Source: Candidatus Latescibacterota bacterium (GTDB taxonomy: Bacteria > Latescibacterota > UBA2968). From it: 64,000 nucleotides of DNA. The DNA is taken from NCBI GenBank assembly GCA_965242535.1, contig OZ251458.1, positions 4,294,525 to 4,358,524 of the forward strand. Direction: 5' to 3'. Position 1 is the stretch's first letter. The number at the start of each line of letters is the position of its first letter. Positions 18,486 through 28,881 of this stretch are shown here, one piece after another. Below the pieces are notes generated by a model. The model did not search any database. It saw only the letters and a program-made list of their open reading frames with translations, and had not been told where the DNA came from. The position numbers and the translations under genes are program-made.

Positions 18486-19067
18486 ATGCAAATTTGGTGG
18501 ACCGAGCTCACCGTGCTCAACCAAGTGTTCTACGGCATTGCCGTGTTCTTCAGTTTCTTGTTTTTGTGGCAACTCATCACCACGCTCACCGGCTTGGGCG
18601 ATTCGGTCGATGGCTTTGGCGCGACGGATGCGGGGCCAGATGTCGATGGTTTCGACGCAGGCGTCGCCACCTTTCAACTGCTCTCGATCCGATCTGTGAT
18701 CGCCTTTGGGATGCTCTTTGGCTGGGCGGCCGCGCTCTATCTCGACTCGGGCCATCCCGTCGAACAGGCCGTTATTAGCGGCGTTGTCTGGGGGGCAGCG
18801 GGGATGGTCATCGTGGCCTACTTTTTTTACAAAGTGCAACAACTCTCCGAATCCCATACCCGCAACCTGTCGTCCTGCATTGGCAATGAGGGCGAAGTCT
18901 ATATCGACATCCCCGAAAACGGCACCGGCCAAATTCGCGTGCTAGAAAGCGGCGCCGTCAACTACGTCTCTGCCCGTAGCAAGGGCGGACAGTCCATCGC
19001 GCACAAGACGCAGGTGCGCGTGTTGCGTACTCTCAACACCACCACCGTCGAAGTCGAACCCATTTAA
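18486..19067 (+). CDS. NfeD-like membrane protein
   Basis: TM helices plus C-terminal OB fold IGNEGEVYIDIP..G.GQI; precedes flotillin. Confidence 0.82.
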   Translation: MQIWWTELTVLNQVFYGIAVFFSFLFLWQLITTLTGLGDSVDGFGATDAGPDVDGFDAGVATFQLLSIRSVIAFGMLFGWAAALYLDSGHPVEQAVISGVVWGAAGMVIVAYFFYKVQQLSESHTRNLSSCIGNEGEVYIDIPENGTGQIRVLESGAVNYVSARSKGGQSIAHKTQVRVLRTLNTTTVEVEPI

Positions 19068-19081
19068 CCACGGGAGGGGCT

Positions 19082-20662
19082 ATGCCTACCGAACTCATTC
19101 TCATCCTCATTTTGGGAACCGTTGTCTTTCTGCTGTTCCTCACCTTCATCTCGCGGTACAAGCGTTGTCCGTCGAACAAAATTCTCGTCATCTACGGCAA
19201 AACGGGTGGCGAGTCGGCTTCGAAATGCGTTCACGGCGGCGCGGCGTTCGTCCTGCCCCTGTTGCAGGATTACGAATACCTCGACCTCGAACCCTTTGTC
19301 GTGCCCATCAATTTGGACAACGCGCTTTCGCAGGAAAACATCCGCATATCCGTGCCCACCACGGTCACGGCGGCCGTTTCCAACCAGCCCGGGATCATGC
19401 AAAACGCGGCGATTCGCCTCTTGGGCCTGTCCCGAGAAAAAATCCAAAGCCAATCGCAAGACATCATCCTCGGGCAGATGCGCGCGGTGATTGCCACCAT
19501 GCAGATCGAGGAAATCAACCGCGACCGGCAGGCATTTATGGCGAAAGTCAACGAAGCCGTTTCCACGGAAATGGAAAAAATTGGCCTGTCCGTGATCAAC
19601 GTCAACATCAAAGACATCGACGACGAAAGCGGGTACATCAAAGCCATTGGCCAAAAAGCCGCCGCCGAAGCCGTGAATCAGGCGTCTATTGACGTGGCCG
19701 AACAAGAACGCCATGGGCAAGTCGGCGTGGCCGAACGCGCGCGCGACAGGCGGCGAGACGTCGCCGCAGCCGAATCCGAGGCCGAAATTGGCGAAGCCGA
19801 AGCCGCGCGCAACAGGCGCCGACAGGTCGCCGCGCTCGAATCCGAGGCCGAAGTGGGCGAATCCGAAGCCGCGCGCGACAGACGCCGGCAAGTGGCCGCG
19901 CTCGAATCACAAGCCGAAATCGGCGAAGCCGAGGCCGGGCGCGACAAGCGTCAAAATGTCGCGTCCCTCGAAGCCGAAGCCGTGCAATCCGAAACCGAGG
20001 CCGATGCGAAAAAAGCCGGGTATCGCGCAGAGCAGCGCGTCGCAGAAGAAGAGGCGCGCAGAAAATCCGAAGAGGCGACCAAAGCCACGGATGGCGCGGT
20101 TCGCGTGGCCCAAGAGACCGCGGAAAAAGCCGCCGAAGACGCCCGAGCACTGCGCGAAGAAGCGCGGTTGCGCGCGGAAATCGTGGTGCAGGCCGAGGCC
20201 GAGAAACAACGCCAAGTCGTGGAAGCCGAAGCCGAAAAAGCGCAGCGACAACTGATTGCCGAAGGCGAAGCCGCCGCCATTCTCGCGCAAAAACAGGCCG
20301 AGGCCCAAGGCACGCAGGCCATTCTCAACGCCAAGGCCGAGGGGTACAAACAACTCGTCGCGGCCTGTGGCGACAACGACCAAGCCGCGGCCGCCTTCCT
20401 GATCATCGAACGCCTCACCGAAGTCGCCGGCATTCAAGCCGAAGCCATTCGCAACCTGCCCATCGACAAAGTGATGGTGTGGGACGGTGGCAATGGCGAC
20501 AGCGGCATGTCCAACCTCGGCCAACGCCTGATGGGCGCGTTGCCCCCCATGCACGATCTCGCGCGCCTGGCCGGCCTCGAATTGCCCGAATTTTTGGGCA
20601 AAATGAACGCGGACCAAGCGGCTGGGGAAAATGGCAAATCCGATGCGTCAAAAGACGAATAG
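19082..20662 (+). CDS. Flotillin/SPFH family protein
   Basis: RYKRCPSNKILVIYG, GQMRAVIATMQIEEINRDR, INVNIKDIDD, AEA-rich coiled coil. Confidence 0.93.
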   Translation: MPTELILILILGTVVFLLFLTFISRYKRCPSNKILVIYGKTGGESASKCVHGGAAFVLPLLQDYEYLDLEPFVVPINLDNALSQENIRISVPTTVTAAVSNQPGIMQNAAIRLLGLSREKIQSQSQDIILGQMRAVIATMQIEEINRDRQAFMAKVNEAVSTEMEKIGLSVINVNIKDIDDESGYIKAIGQKAAAEAVNQASIDVAEQERHGQVGVAERARDRRRDVAAAESEAEIGEAEAARNRRRQVAALESEAEVGESEAARDRRRQVAALESQAEIGEAEAGRDKRQNVASLEAEAVQSETEADAKKAGYRAEQRVAEEEARRKSEEATKATDGAVRVAQETAEKAAEDARALREEARLRAEIVVQAEAEKQRQVVEAEAEKAQRQLIAEGEAAAILAQKQAEAQGTQAILNAKAEGYKQLVAACGDNDQAAAAFLIIERLTEVAGIQAEAIRNLPIDKVMVWDGGNGDSGMSNLGQRLMGALPPMHDLARLAGLELPEFLGKMNADQAAGENGKSDASKDE

Positions 20663-20852
20663 GCGTCTCCCGTCTTGCCTCTTCCGTCTGTGGCGGTGTG
20701 GCCTTCTCCCGTCTTGTATCTTCGGACAGGCACGGGGGCCTGTCCCTACGATTGCGATTGCGTCTCCCGTCTTCCCTCTCCCCTTGTATCTTTGGGGGTA
20801 AGGATTGCATCTCTACGGTTTCGCTTCTCGATTTTGAGGTGGCGGGGGGTGG

Positions 20853-21023
20853 CCGTCTTCCGTCTTCCGTCTTCCGTCTTCCGTCTCCCGTCTCCCGTCT
20901 TCCGTCTTCCGTCTTCCGTCTTCCGTCTTCCGTCTTCCGTCTTCCGTCTTCCGTCTTCCGTCTTCCGTCTTCCGTCTTCCGTCTCCCGTCTCCCGTCTTC
21001 CCGCCTCTTCCGTCTCCCGTCTC
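20853..21023. repeat. Heptamer tandem array (CCGTCTY) x about 24
   Basis: 21 contiguous units to 20999 plus about 3 more, ending 3 nt before the kinase ATG. Confidence 0.95.
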
Positions 21024-21026
21024 CAA

Positions 21027-22274
21027 ATGTCCAACTCCCAAACCACAGCCGAAGCCCGTTTCCAACGGGCGTTGCACCACGCACGCGGCGCGACGCCTGG
21101 GTCAGACGACTACAAAAAAGCCGTCGACCACCTCGGCGCGATTCTGTCCGACAACGAGCGGGACAAAAGCCATGCCCTCATCGATCGCGCGTGTTTTTTG
21201 TTGGGTAGCTTGCTCGACGATCTGCCGGAAAATGCCGCCCGCGCCATTGCGGTTTATCGCAGGGGGTTGGAAGCCGACCCGCTCTTCGCGCCCGGGCACA
21301 ACAACCTCGGGGTTTTGCTCATGCAAAATGGGCAAATTTTGTCGGCCTTGGGCGAACTCAAAATCGCCATCCACCTCGAACCCGATTACATGCTGCCCTA
21401 TCGCAACCTCGCGCGGTTGCTCTTTCAATACATGACCCCCAAGCAAATGGAAAGCGAATACGCGAGCATCGCCGAGGAATTTGGCGTCCGCGCACCGAGC
21501 ATCCTCGCCCGGTTGTCTCTCGAGCTCATCGACCTCGGCCGCGCACAGGTGTACGAAAGCCTGTACACGCACGGGCACCGCATCAAGAACCTGATGGGGC
21601 TTTCCGGCAGCCGCATGCGCCGCGCCATCCGCGCATTGTCATCGGACACCTGCGGCCTCGACGATTTGAAAGACATCGCGCGCGAGCAAGAACACATCTA
21701 CGACCAATGGGTCGCGTACCTGCGGTCGATGAAGCAAGACGCGATGAACCCCTCGTTGGTCGACGTGGTGCAACTCGCCGTGCAGACGACCGACAAACTC
21801 GCGGCCCGCGCAGGCGAAATCGCCTTTGCCGCCGAACCGCGAGTGCCGCAGGTCAAAGCGGACGCGGGCATGCTGTCCGAAGCCGTGACCAATCTCATCC
21901 TCAATGCCCTCGAAGCCGTTGAGACCGGCGGCCGGGTAACCGTCCAAGTCGGCGCAGATGCCGAACGCGGGTCGGTCTATATCGAGGTGGAAGACGATGG
22001 CCCCGGCATCCCCGAACATCTGCAAACGCGCATTTTTGACCCGGGGTTTTCGACGCGAAAAAGCGGCAATGGCTATGGCTTGAGCATCTGTGCGCGCATT
22101 GCCGCGGCGCATCGGGGCACGTTGCGCGTGATCAGCCGCCCGAGCGCAGGGGCGGTTTTTCGCATCGATCTGCCCGTGGATTTCGAGGTCTCGGCCCGCG
22201 AAGACAGCATTGGCCTGCAACGCGGCGCGACCGACATCTCGCGCGATCCCATCGCCGAAGAATTTATCCCATAG
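21027..22274 (+). CDS. Cytoplasmic TPR-domain sensor histidine kinase
   Basis: TPR motif (GHNNLGVLL); H-box HRIKNL; N box NLILNALEA; DDGPGI, IFDPGFST, GNGYGL; no TM seen. Confidence 0.88.
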   Translation: MSNSQTTAEARFQRALHHARGATPGSDDYKKAVDHLGAILSDNERDKSHALIDRACFLLGSLLDDLPENAARAIAVYRRGLEADPLFAPGHNNLGVLLMQNGQILSALGELKIAIHLEPDYMLPYRNLARLLFQYMTPKQMESEYASIAEEFGVRAPSILARLSLELIDLGRAQVYESLYTHGHRIKNLMGLSGSRMRRAIRALSSDTCGLDDLKDIAREQEHIYDQWVAYLRSMKQDAMNPSLVDVVQLAVQTTDKLAARAGEIAFAAEPRVPQVKADAGMLSEAVTNLILNALEAVETGGRVTVQVGADAERGSVYIEVEDDGPGIPEHLQTRIFDPGFSTRKSGNGYGLSICARIAAAHRGTLRVISRPSAGAVFRIDLPVDFEVSAREDSIGLQRGATDISRDPIAEEFIP

Positions 22275-22330
22275 ATAATTATGGATTTCAATTTTTTAAG
22301 AGCGTGCCGGTCGTGATGCCGTACATCAAT

Positions 22331-22669
22331 TAAGCCATCGCAACAAGTGCCATCCCAAAACACTATCGCCGAAAGCCATCGGGCACAGCGCGCAAGTCCG
22401 TCTCGCAATCCACATCTTTGTTGCAACCCATTTTGTAGGCTGACTCATGTCGTGCGATTACAAAAGCGATTTGCGCTGTGCCTAGCCCCTCGGCGTATGA
22501 GAGCGGCATTTTTTGCCTACTTTTTTTTGCTGTTGAAAAAAAGTAGGTCGCCGAAGGCATCGAAGGCAACCCACGATGCTTTAGGACCAAAGTTGTTAGA
22601 AAAGCGAGCAATGTCGGTGCTGATTTGTTGCGTATCAAAATTGAGAATAACCTAATTTACAGAGTACTA
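22331..22669 (-). repeat. Large structured intergenic element, copy 2
   Basis: Homology to copy 1 in reverse orientation; sits between kinase and regulator. Confidence 0.9.
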
Positions 22670-22676
22670 AACTCCC

Positions 22677-24089
22677 ATGACCGAAATCATCGTTGCTGAC
22701 GACCAGATCGAAGTCCTCGACATGCTGATCGAAAGCCTGCAAAGCGATACGCGCAGGGTGCGGGCATTTTCGACCGCCCGCGAGGCGTTGGCCTATCTCA
22801 AACAGCATCCGGACCGCATCGGCCTCGCGATCCTCGACCTCGACTTCGGGCCGGACGAACCCGATGGCCTCGAAATTTTGCCGCGCATGCTCGCCGCAGT
22901 GCCGGATTTGCCCATCATCATGCTGACCGGGCAAGGCACCATAGATACGGCGGTGGCCGCGCTGCGCTTGGGCGCGACGGACTTCATCGAAAAAGATTTT
23001 TACTTGGAAGACAAAATCGAACTCAGCGTCAAAAAACTCGACCGCGTGTACCGTGCGCTCCGGGAAAACGCCCAACTGCGCGCCGAGGTTCGGGACTTGG
23101 GTCGGGAAAACCAATTTTACCGAGACGAATTTGGCAAGCGGTATCGGATCATCGGCAACAGCGCGAAATTTCGCCGCATTCTCCAACAAGCCCAAACCGT
23201 CGCGCCCATCCCTCGGCCCGCGCTCATCGTGGGCGAACCCGGCACGGGCAAGGAACTCGTCGCCGCGGCCATCCACTACGGCGGTGCGCGCAAGGATCGG
23301 CCCTTTGTCAAGGTCAACTGCGCGGCTTTGGCGGATCAGTTGCTCCAAAGCGAACTCTTCGGGCACGAGAAAGGGGCTTTTACCGGCGCGACGAGCGCGC
23401 GTCCGGGCAAATTTGAAGCCGCGAGTGGGGGCACGATATTCCTCGACGAAATCGGCAATACCACCCCCGAATTTCAGCAAAATATCCTGCGCGCCATCGA
23501 ATACGGCGAAATTCAGCGCGTGGGCAGCGCGGTGCCCATCTCCTCGACCGACGTGCGCGTGATCGCCGCGACCAATGCCGATCTCGAAACCGAGATCGCC
23601 GAGGGCCGATTCCGCCGCGACCTCTACGACCGATTGCGCTTTGAGGTGTTGCGGCTTCCTCCGTTGCGCGAACGCCGCGAAGACATTCCCCCATTGGCCC
23701 ATTATTTTGTCGCGCAAATCGTCGAGGAAGTCCCCGGCCTTCCAAAGCGCGAATTTTCCGATTCGGCGATGGAACACCTGATGGCGTATCGCTGGCCGGG
23801 CAATGTGCGCGAACTCAAATTCGCGGTCGAGCGCGCCGCCTGTGTGGCGCGGGGAAGCGCGATTTCCCCCGGCGATCTGCCGCCCGAAGTGGCCCAACAC
23901 GCGCCCGCATCCGTCGGTCTGAGCAGTGGATTTGAAGCACAGGTGCGATCCTTTGAACTCGGCCTGTTGCGCCGCGTTCTCCACGACGTCTCCTGGAACC
24001 AAGGCAAAGCCGCGGACCAACTCAAACTCAGCTACGACCAATTCCGCCACCTGTACCGCAAGTACGGGCTAAAAAAAGAAAAACCTTAA
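22677..24089 (+). CDS. Sigma54-dependent response regulator: receiver + PspF-like AAA+ and HTH
   Basis: REC (ADD, LDLD, TG, K); GEPGTGKE; GAFTGA; PspF-like IEYGE, DRLRFEV and LSYDQFR signatures. Confidence 0.92.
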   Translation: MTEIIVADDQIEVLDMLIESLQSDTRRVRAFSTAREALAYLKQHPDRIGLAILDLDFGPDEPDGLEILPRMLAAVPDLPIIMLTGQGTIDTAVAALRLGATDFIEKDFYLEDKIELSVKKLDRVYRALRENAQLRAEVRDLGRENQFYRDEFGKRYRIIGNSAKFRRILQQAQTVAPIPRPALIVGEPGTGKELVAAAIHYGGARKDRPFVKVNCAALADQLLQSELFGHEKGAFTGATSARPGKFEAASGGTIFLDEIGNTTPEFQQNILRAIEYGEIQRVGSAVPISSTDVRVIAATNADLETEIAEGRFRRDLYDRLRFEVLRLPPLRERREDIPPLAHYFVAQIVEEVPGLPKREFSDSAMEHLMAYRWPGNVRELKFAVERAACVARGSAISPGDLPPEVAQHAPASVGLSSGFEAQVRSFELGLLRRVLHDVSWNQGKAADQLKLSYDQFRHLYRKYGLKKEKP

Positions 24090-24107
24090 GCGGACTGACA
24101 ACGGACT

Positions 24108-24322
24108 GCGAGGACAGGCACGGGGCCGCTATCATTCGGACAGGCACAGGGGCCTGTCCCTACGGGGCGTTCTATCGTTCATTAGGCACCCCAAATGGCA
24201 TTGTAGGGACAACCCCCTGTGGTTGTCCAGTATTCGGACAGCACGGGGGCCTGTCCCTACGGTTGATGAGGGTAGGACTGGCAACCGACGACCGACAACG
24301 GACAACTGACCACCGACCACTC
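24108..24322. repeat. Cluster of REP palindromes and heptamers (BIME-like)
   Basis: Four GGACA(GG/AC)...TGTCCCTAC-type units plus CCGAC(A/C)A heptamers. Confidence 0.75.
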
Positions 24323-24324
24323 CC

Positions 24325-25907
24325 ATGGCTTTCGACATTCCCGTTCGGGCAAATCTCCGATTTTTTCGCTGTCTCAACGACAGCCTCTCCACTTGGGCGA
24401 GCCACCTTCCCCTTTTGTTTTTGGCGTCATCTTTGGCGACGATCCTGAGTATGGCGTCGGGCACCTTGCTCTTGGGCAGCCTGTACGCGGGCTTTGCCAT
24501 GATGATTTTGCGCGCCCAACGAGGCGAGCAACCCCACCTGCGCGATCTGTTTGGGCAGATCATTCGATTCGCGCGCTTTTTTCGATGAACATTTTCGTGC
24601 TGCTGTTCTTTATTCTCGGCATCCTCATCATCGCCGTGCCGGTGTTTTTGAGCAGCGATGCTTTCGCGGTCGCGTTCGATTCGTTCCGACGAGTTGTCGC
24701 CCGAGAAACGCCGTGGGTCATCGCCATTGGGCCGGAAGACATCGAAAACTTTTTAGGCGAAAAAAACATCGTCTTCTACGCCGCTATTTTGGCGTCTTGC
24801 CTGTTGTTTTTGCCCGGCCTCATCTTTGTCGTCAAGTGTTTCTACATCTATCTGCTGGCCGCAGACCGCGGCATGCGCGTTGACGAAGCCCATGTGGAAA
24901 GCCGCAAAGCCGTCGAACGCTATGGCTTTTTCCGCCATTTCGCCCTCGTCCTCGCCGCGCTTGGGATTCTCGTCGTCGCGATCGCGTTGATCGACCGCGT
25001 TGCCGACAATTCCCTCGTTCAGTTCGGCATTTTCCTCCTCTTGCAACCCCTCGCCCTCGGGATTTTTGCATCGGCGTACAACCAAACCCTTTGCGAAGAA
25101 GCCCGGCAGTGGGAGAATTACAAACGACAATTTTCAGAAATGCGCGACGAGTTGCAAACCGCGCACGACATGCAAATGAGCCTGTTGCCGCAATCCAGCC
25201 CAGAACTGCCCGGGTTTGAACTCGCCGGGACGTGCATCCCCGCCAACAGCGTGGGGGGAGATTATTACGCGTACCGCTATTTGGACGACGACCGGACAAA
25301 ACTCGGCATCGTGGTCGCCGATGTCTCTGGCAAAGCGATGGAAGCGGCGGTGACGGCTTTGCGTTTCAATGAGATGCTGCGCTACGAATGCCAAAATCGC
25401 ACCGCGCCAGGCGATATTCTCGATGGGTTGAACGCCGCCCTCGAAGGTCAAATTGACCCCGCCACCTTTATCACCTGTTGCATCGCCGTGCTCGACATAA
25501 CCACCGCCGAGGTCACCATCGCGAGCGCGGGACACTGCCCGCCGATTCACCTTTCCAACCGATCTCAATTTCTCGACCTCACGGGGTACCCTCTCGGCCT
25601 CCCGGCGGTTGTGCGGCCCGAAGCGCCCTATCGCACCATCCGTCTCACCCTGAACCCGGGGGATCGCTTGGTGCTCTATTCCGATGGCGTCGTGGAAGCG
25701 CAAAATGCCCAGCGCGACTTTTTTGACGACGATCGATTCGTCCGCCGCCTCGATCGCGCCCTCCCCTCCCAACCCCCCGCGGATTTGATCGCGGGCCTCG
25801 TCTCGGACGTCACCTCTTTTATCGGCGACGCGCGGCGCACAGACGATATCACCCTCGTCGTTCTCCAGCGCGATCCGTCCAAAAATCAGCAGTCGATCCT
25901 CGCCTAA
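24325..25907 (+). CDS. Membrane-bound PP2C/SpoIIE phosphatase, split by an apparent frameshift at about 24580 (ORFs 24325-24588 and 24585-25907)
   Basis: ELQTAHDMQMSLLP, VGGDYY, ADVSGK, SAGH, YSDGVVE, DDITLV; one extra T in the T6 run fuses the two TM-rich ORFs. Confidence 0.8.
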
Positions 25908-25936
25908 TTCCCAAAATCAAGACCCCCGTGCCATTT

Positions 25937-26305
25937 GTACCAACTCATTCATTATCGGGATCGCTTTGCTGTTCCCCTGTCCTTCAGAAAAGCCATCGCC
26001 AACCGTGCCATCCCAAAAGTCCATCAACGAAAGCCATCAAGCACAGCGCGCAAGTCCATTTCGCAACCAACATCCATTATGCAACCCACTTTGCAGGCCA
26101 ACGCATGTCGTGCGATTACAAAAGCGCTTTGCGCTGTGCCTAGCCCCTCGGCGCATGAGAGCGGCATTTTTTGCCTACTTTTTTTTGCTGTTGAAAAAAA
26201 GTAGGTCGCCGCACGCCGTAGGCACAGGCGTAGCCAACGCATCAAAGGCAACAAACGATGCGATAGGACCAAACGCTTTAGACAAGCGAGCCACGTCGGT
26301 GCGGA
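25937..26305 (-). repeat. Large structured intergenic element, copy 3
   Basis: Begins GTACCAACTCATTCATTATCGGGATCGC. Confidence 0.9.
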
Positions 26306-26439
26306 TGGCCCCCGTGCCCGTCCGAATCAGCGGTATGCCCCATCCTTTGTATTTTCTCCACCTCTCGCCTTGACAAAGTGTGGTCGGAACGGGATATTGT
26401 TTTGTCCGTTTCAAACCCGTCCAATCTATTTTTTTGACG

Positions 26440-27606
26440 ATGAACGACGACCGCTTCATTCTCATCCACTATCACGAAATCGGCCTCAAGGGCAAAAATC
26501 GCGGCCGATTTGAACGCCTTCTGATGACCAACATCAACCGCGCGCTCAAGGGGTTGCCGCGGGGGAATGTCCAACGCCTGTCGGGTCGCATGATGCTCGC
26601 GCTCGCCCCGGAATCGCCGACAGAGGCAATCTGCGATCGGCTCGCAACGGTCTTTGGCATCGCCAATTTTTCCGAGGCCATCGTCGTGAACCGCGAGATA
26701 AGGGCCATCCGGGAAACCGCCTGGGCACTGGCACAAAAAGCCGAGTTCGCATCGTTCAAAATCGTGACCAAGCGCGGGGACAAAACCTTTCCGCTCAATT
26801 CCGAGCAAATCAACCGAGACGTGGGCCATCACATCCAAACCCTTTCGGGCGCCCGCGTGCAGATGGACGCGCCCGATCTCACCTGTTTTATCGAAATCGC
26901 CCCGCAACGCATCTTTGTCTATGCCGAAAAAATCCCCGCGCCCGGGGGGTTGCCCGTGGGCGCGGGGGAACGCGCGGTCAGCCTCATCTCGTCCGGGATC
27001 GACTCGCCCGTGGCCTCTTACAAACTGATGAAGCGCGGCGTCACCCTGACCTATGTGCATTTCCACAGCCAGCCCTATACCAATCGCAACTCGCAGCGCA
27101 ACACCGAAGACCTCGTGCGCCTCCTCAACCGGCATCAATTCGCGTCGGACTTGTACCTCGTCCCCTTCGTGGAAATTCAACGCCATATCATGACGCGCGC
27201 CCCCGCGAGTTATCGCGTCATTCTCTACCGCCGCGCGATGTTGCGGATCGCAGAAGCCATCGCCAAACAGGTGGATGCCCAAGCCCTCGTCACGGGCGAA
27301 AACGTCGGTCAGGTCGCCTCGCAAACCCTGTCGAACCTGCGCGCCATCGAAGAAGTCACCGCGCTGCCCATCTTGCGTCCGTTGGCCGGCGACAACAAAG
27401 AGGAGATCATCGCGCTCGCTCGGCGCATCGGCACCTATGAGATCTCCATCGAGCCCTACGAGGATTGTTGCTCGGTCTTCGTGCCCAAACACCCGGAAAC
27501 GCGCGCCGACTTACAAAAAGTCCGCGCCATCGAATCCGCGCTCGACCTCGCCCCCCTCATCGCGCAGACCCTCGCGCAAACCGAACGCGAAACCTTCAAA
27601 TTGTAA
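26440..27606 (+). CDS. thiI: tRNA 4-thiouridine synthase (THUMP + PP-loop, no rhodanese domain)
   Basis: HYHEIGLKGKNR, GGLPVG, SSGIDSPVA, GENVGQVASQTL, EDCC. Confidence 0.95.
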   Translation: MNDDRFILIHYHEIGLKGKNRGRFERLLMTNINRALKGLPRGNVQRLSGRMMLALAPESPTEAICDRLATVFGIANFSEAIVVNREIRAIRETAWALAQKAEFASFKIVTKRGDKTFPLNSEQINRDVGHHIQTLSGARVQMDAPDLTCFIEIAPQRIFVYAEKIPAPGGLPVGAGERAVSLISSGIDSPVASYKLMKRGVTLTYVHFHSQPYTNRNSQRNTEDLVRLLNRHQFASDLYLVPFVEIQRHIMTRAPASYRVILYRRAMLRIAEAIAKQVDAQALVTGENVGQVASQTLSNLRAIEEVTALPILRPLAGDNKEEIIALARRIGTYEISIEPYEDCCSVFVPKHPETRADLQKVRAIESALDLAPLIAQTLAQTERETFKL

Positions 27607-27818
27607 CGCCTCGCACCCAATGCAAAACGCCCGAAACAAAGGATCGTTTCGAGCGCGCCATCGAAATGTGCGTTCCACGGGGCATCTGCTCCCCTGCCTC
27701 CACCTTGTATCTTCAAGCGGCCGCGGTGGCCTGACCACTGACCACCGGATCCGCGTTTTTTGAACTGCTGATGAGGCGTCGCAGTTGTACACCGCCCCGC
27801 GTTTTTCGTCGTTTGTTT

Positions 27819-28763
27819 TTATGGACCACTGACCGCTACCCGTCTCTCGTCTCCCACCTTTTTTTGCCACACCTCCATCCCTTGGTACGCTTCAAAAATC
27901 GCTTCGAGCAAATGCCGAATCGCCGGGCCGAAATACCGGCCTTTTCGCCAAGCGATGCCGATCTCGCGGCGAAAGGATACGCCCTCGACGTCCACCACTT
28001 TCAACACCCCGTCCTTTAGGGACTCGCGCACGGCCAACATCGGCAAGAACGAAATGCCAACGCCCACCTCGACCAACTTTCGCATGGCTTCGGGGCTTCG
28101 CATTTCCATCACCACGCCGGGGGATAGGCCCGCTTCGGCGAATCGCTCGTCCACGATTTTGCGCGATATGGAATCGGTGTGAAACAGCATCAGCGGCTCT
28201 TGCACGACCTCTTGCAAAGTCGCTTTTTTTTTCGCGGCAAAAGGATGCGATGCCCCCACGACCAGCGGCATGGAATCCCGGTAGATCGACACGGTCTCCA
28301 CGCGCGGATGCTCGAATGGCAACGAGATGACCGCGAACTCGGAGCGATTCATCAGCAGATCATCCACCAGATAGCGCGAGGGCGCCACCTGTGCGGTCAG
28401 GGAAATCTCGGGGTATGCGCGCATGTAATCCTTCAAAATATCCGGCAACAAATACGTCACGGCCGCGTCGATCGCGCCAAACTGAAAGCCCTCGCCCGGC
28501 AATACGTCGCGCCGTTGCAACCGGTCTTCGGCCTCTTCGATCAGGTCTTGAATCTGCATCGCGTAATGCACCAGTGCGCGCCCTTCCATCGTGAGCGTCG
28601 CCTGCTTATTTCCCCGATTGAACAGGCGCACGCCCATCGTCCGTTCCAATTCGGCGACCCCACTGCTCACCGTGGGCTGCGTCACGTGCATCTCGCGGGC
28701 CGCGCGGCTAAAACTCCCGGTTTGTGCCACAGAAAGAAAATAGCGCAAATGATACAAGTTCAT
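27819..28763 (-). CDS. LysR family transcriptional regulator
   Basis: MNLYHLRYF..VAQTGSFSRAAREMHVTQPTVS. Confidence 0.95.
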   Translation of the reverse strand: MNLYHLRYFLSVAQTGSFSRAAREMHVTQPTVSSGVAELERTMGVRLFNRGNKQATLTMEGRALVHYAMQIQDLIEEAEDRLQRRDVLPGEGFQFGAIDAAVTYLLPDILKDYMRAYPEISLTAQVAPSRYLVDDLLMNRSEFAVISLPFEHPRVETVSIYRDSMPLVVGASHPFAAKKKATLQEVVQEPLMLFHTDSISRKIVDERFAEAGLSPGVVMEMRSPEAMRKLVEVGVGISFLPMLAVRESLKDGVLKVVDVEGVSFRREIGIAWRKGRYFGPAIRHLLEAIFEAYQGMEVWQKKVGDERRVAVSGP

Positions 28764-28776
28764 ATCCCATCTCCCA

Positions 28777-28793
28777 TATAGATTTTTTCTATA
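28777..28793. promoter_or_regulatory. Putative LysR operator (T-N11-A dyad)
   Basis: TATAGATTTTTTCTATA inverted repeat in the divergent lysR/ino1 spacer. Confidence 0.55.
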
Positions 28794-28881
28794 ACAAATA
28801 TAGTAATTATTGATTTGTCAAATAGAGAAAAATGGCGGACATTTTGCGCGACCCATCGATCCCTATCTCAAGGAGAAGACC

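Noticed and set aside
20415-21435. ORFs with RRKTEDG / SSVFRLP repeats (also REARGER at 55 kb)
   Set aside because: Translations of non-coding heptamer arrays.
22347-22655. Recurrent small ORFs containing RRMRAAFFAYFFLLLKKSRSP (also about 7.7, 26 and 47.6 kb)
   Set aside because: Frames, starts and stops differ between copies; they are by-products of the structured repeat.
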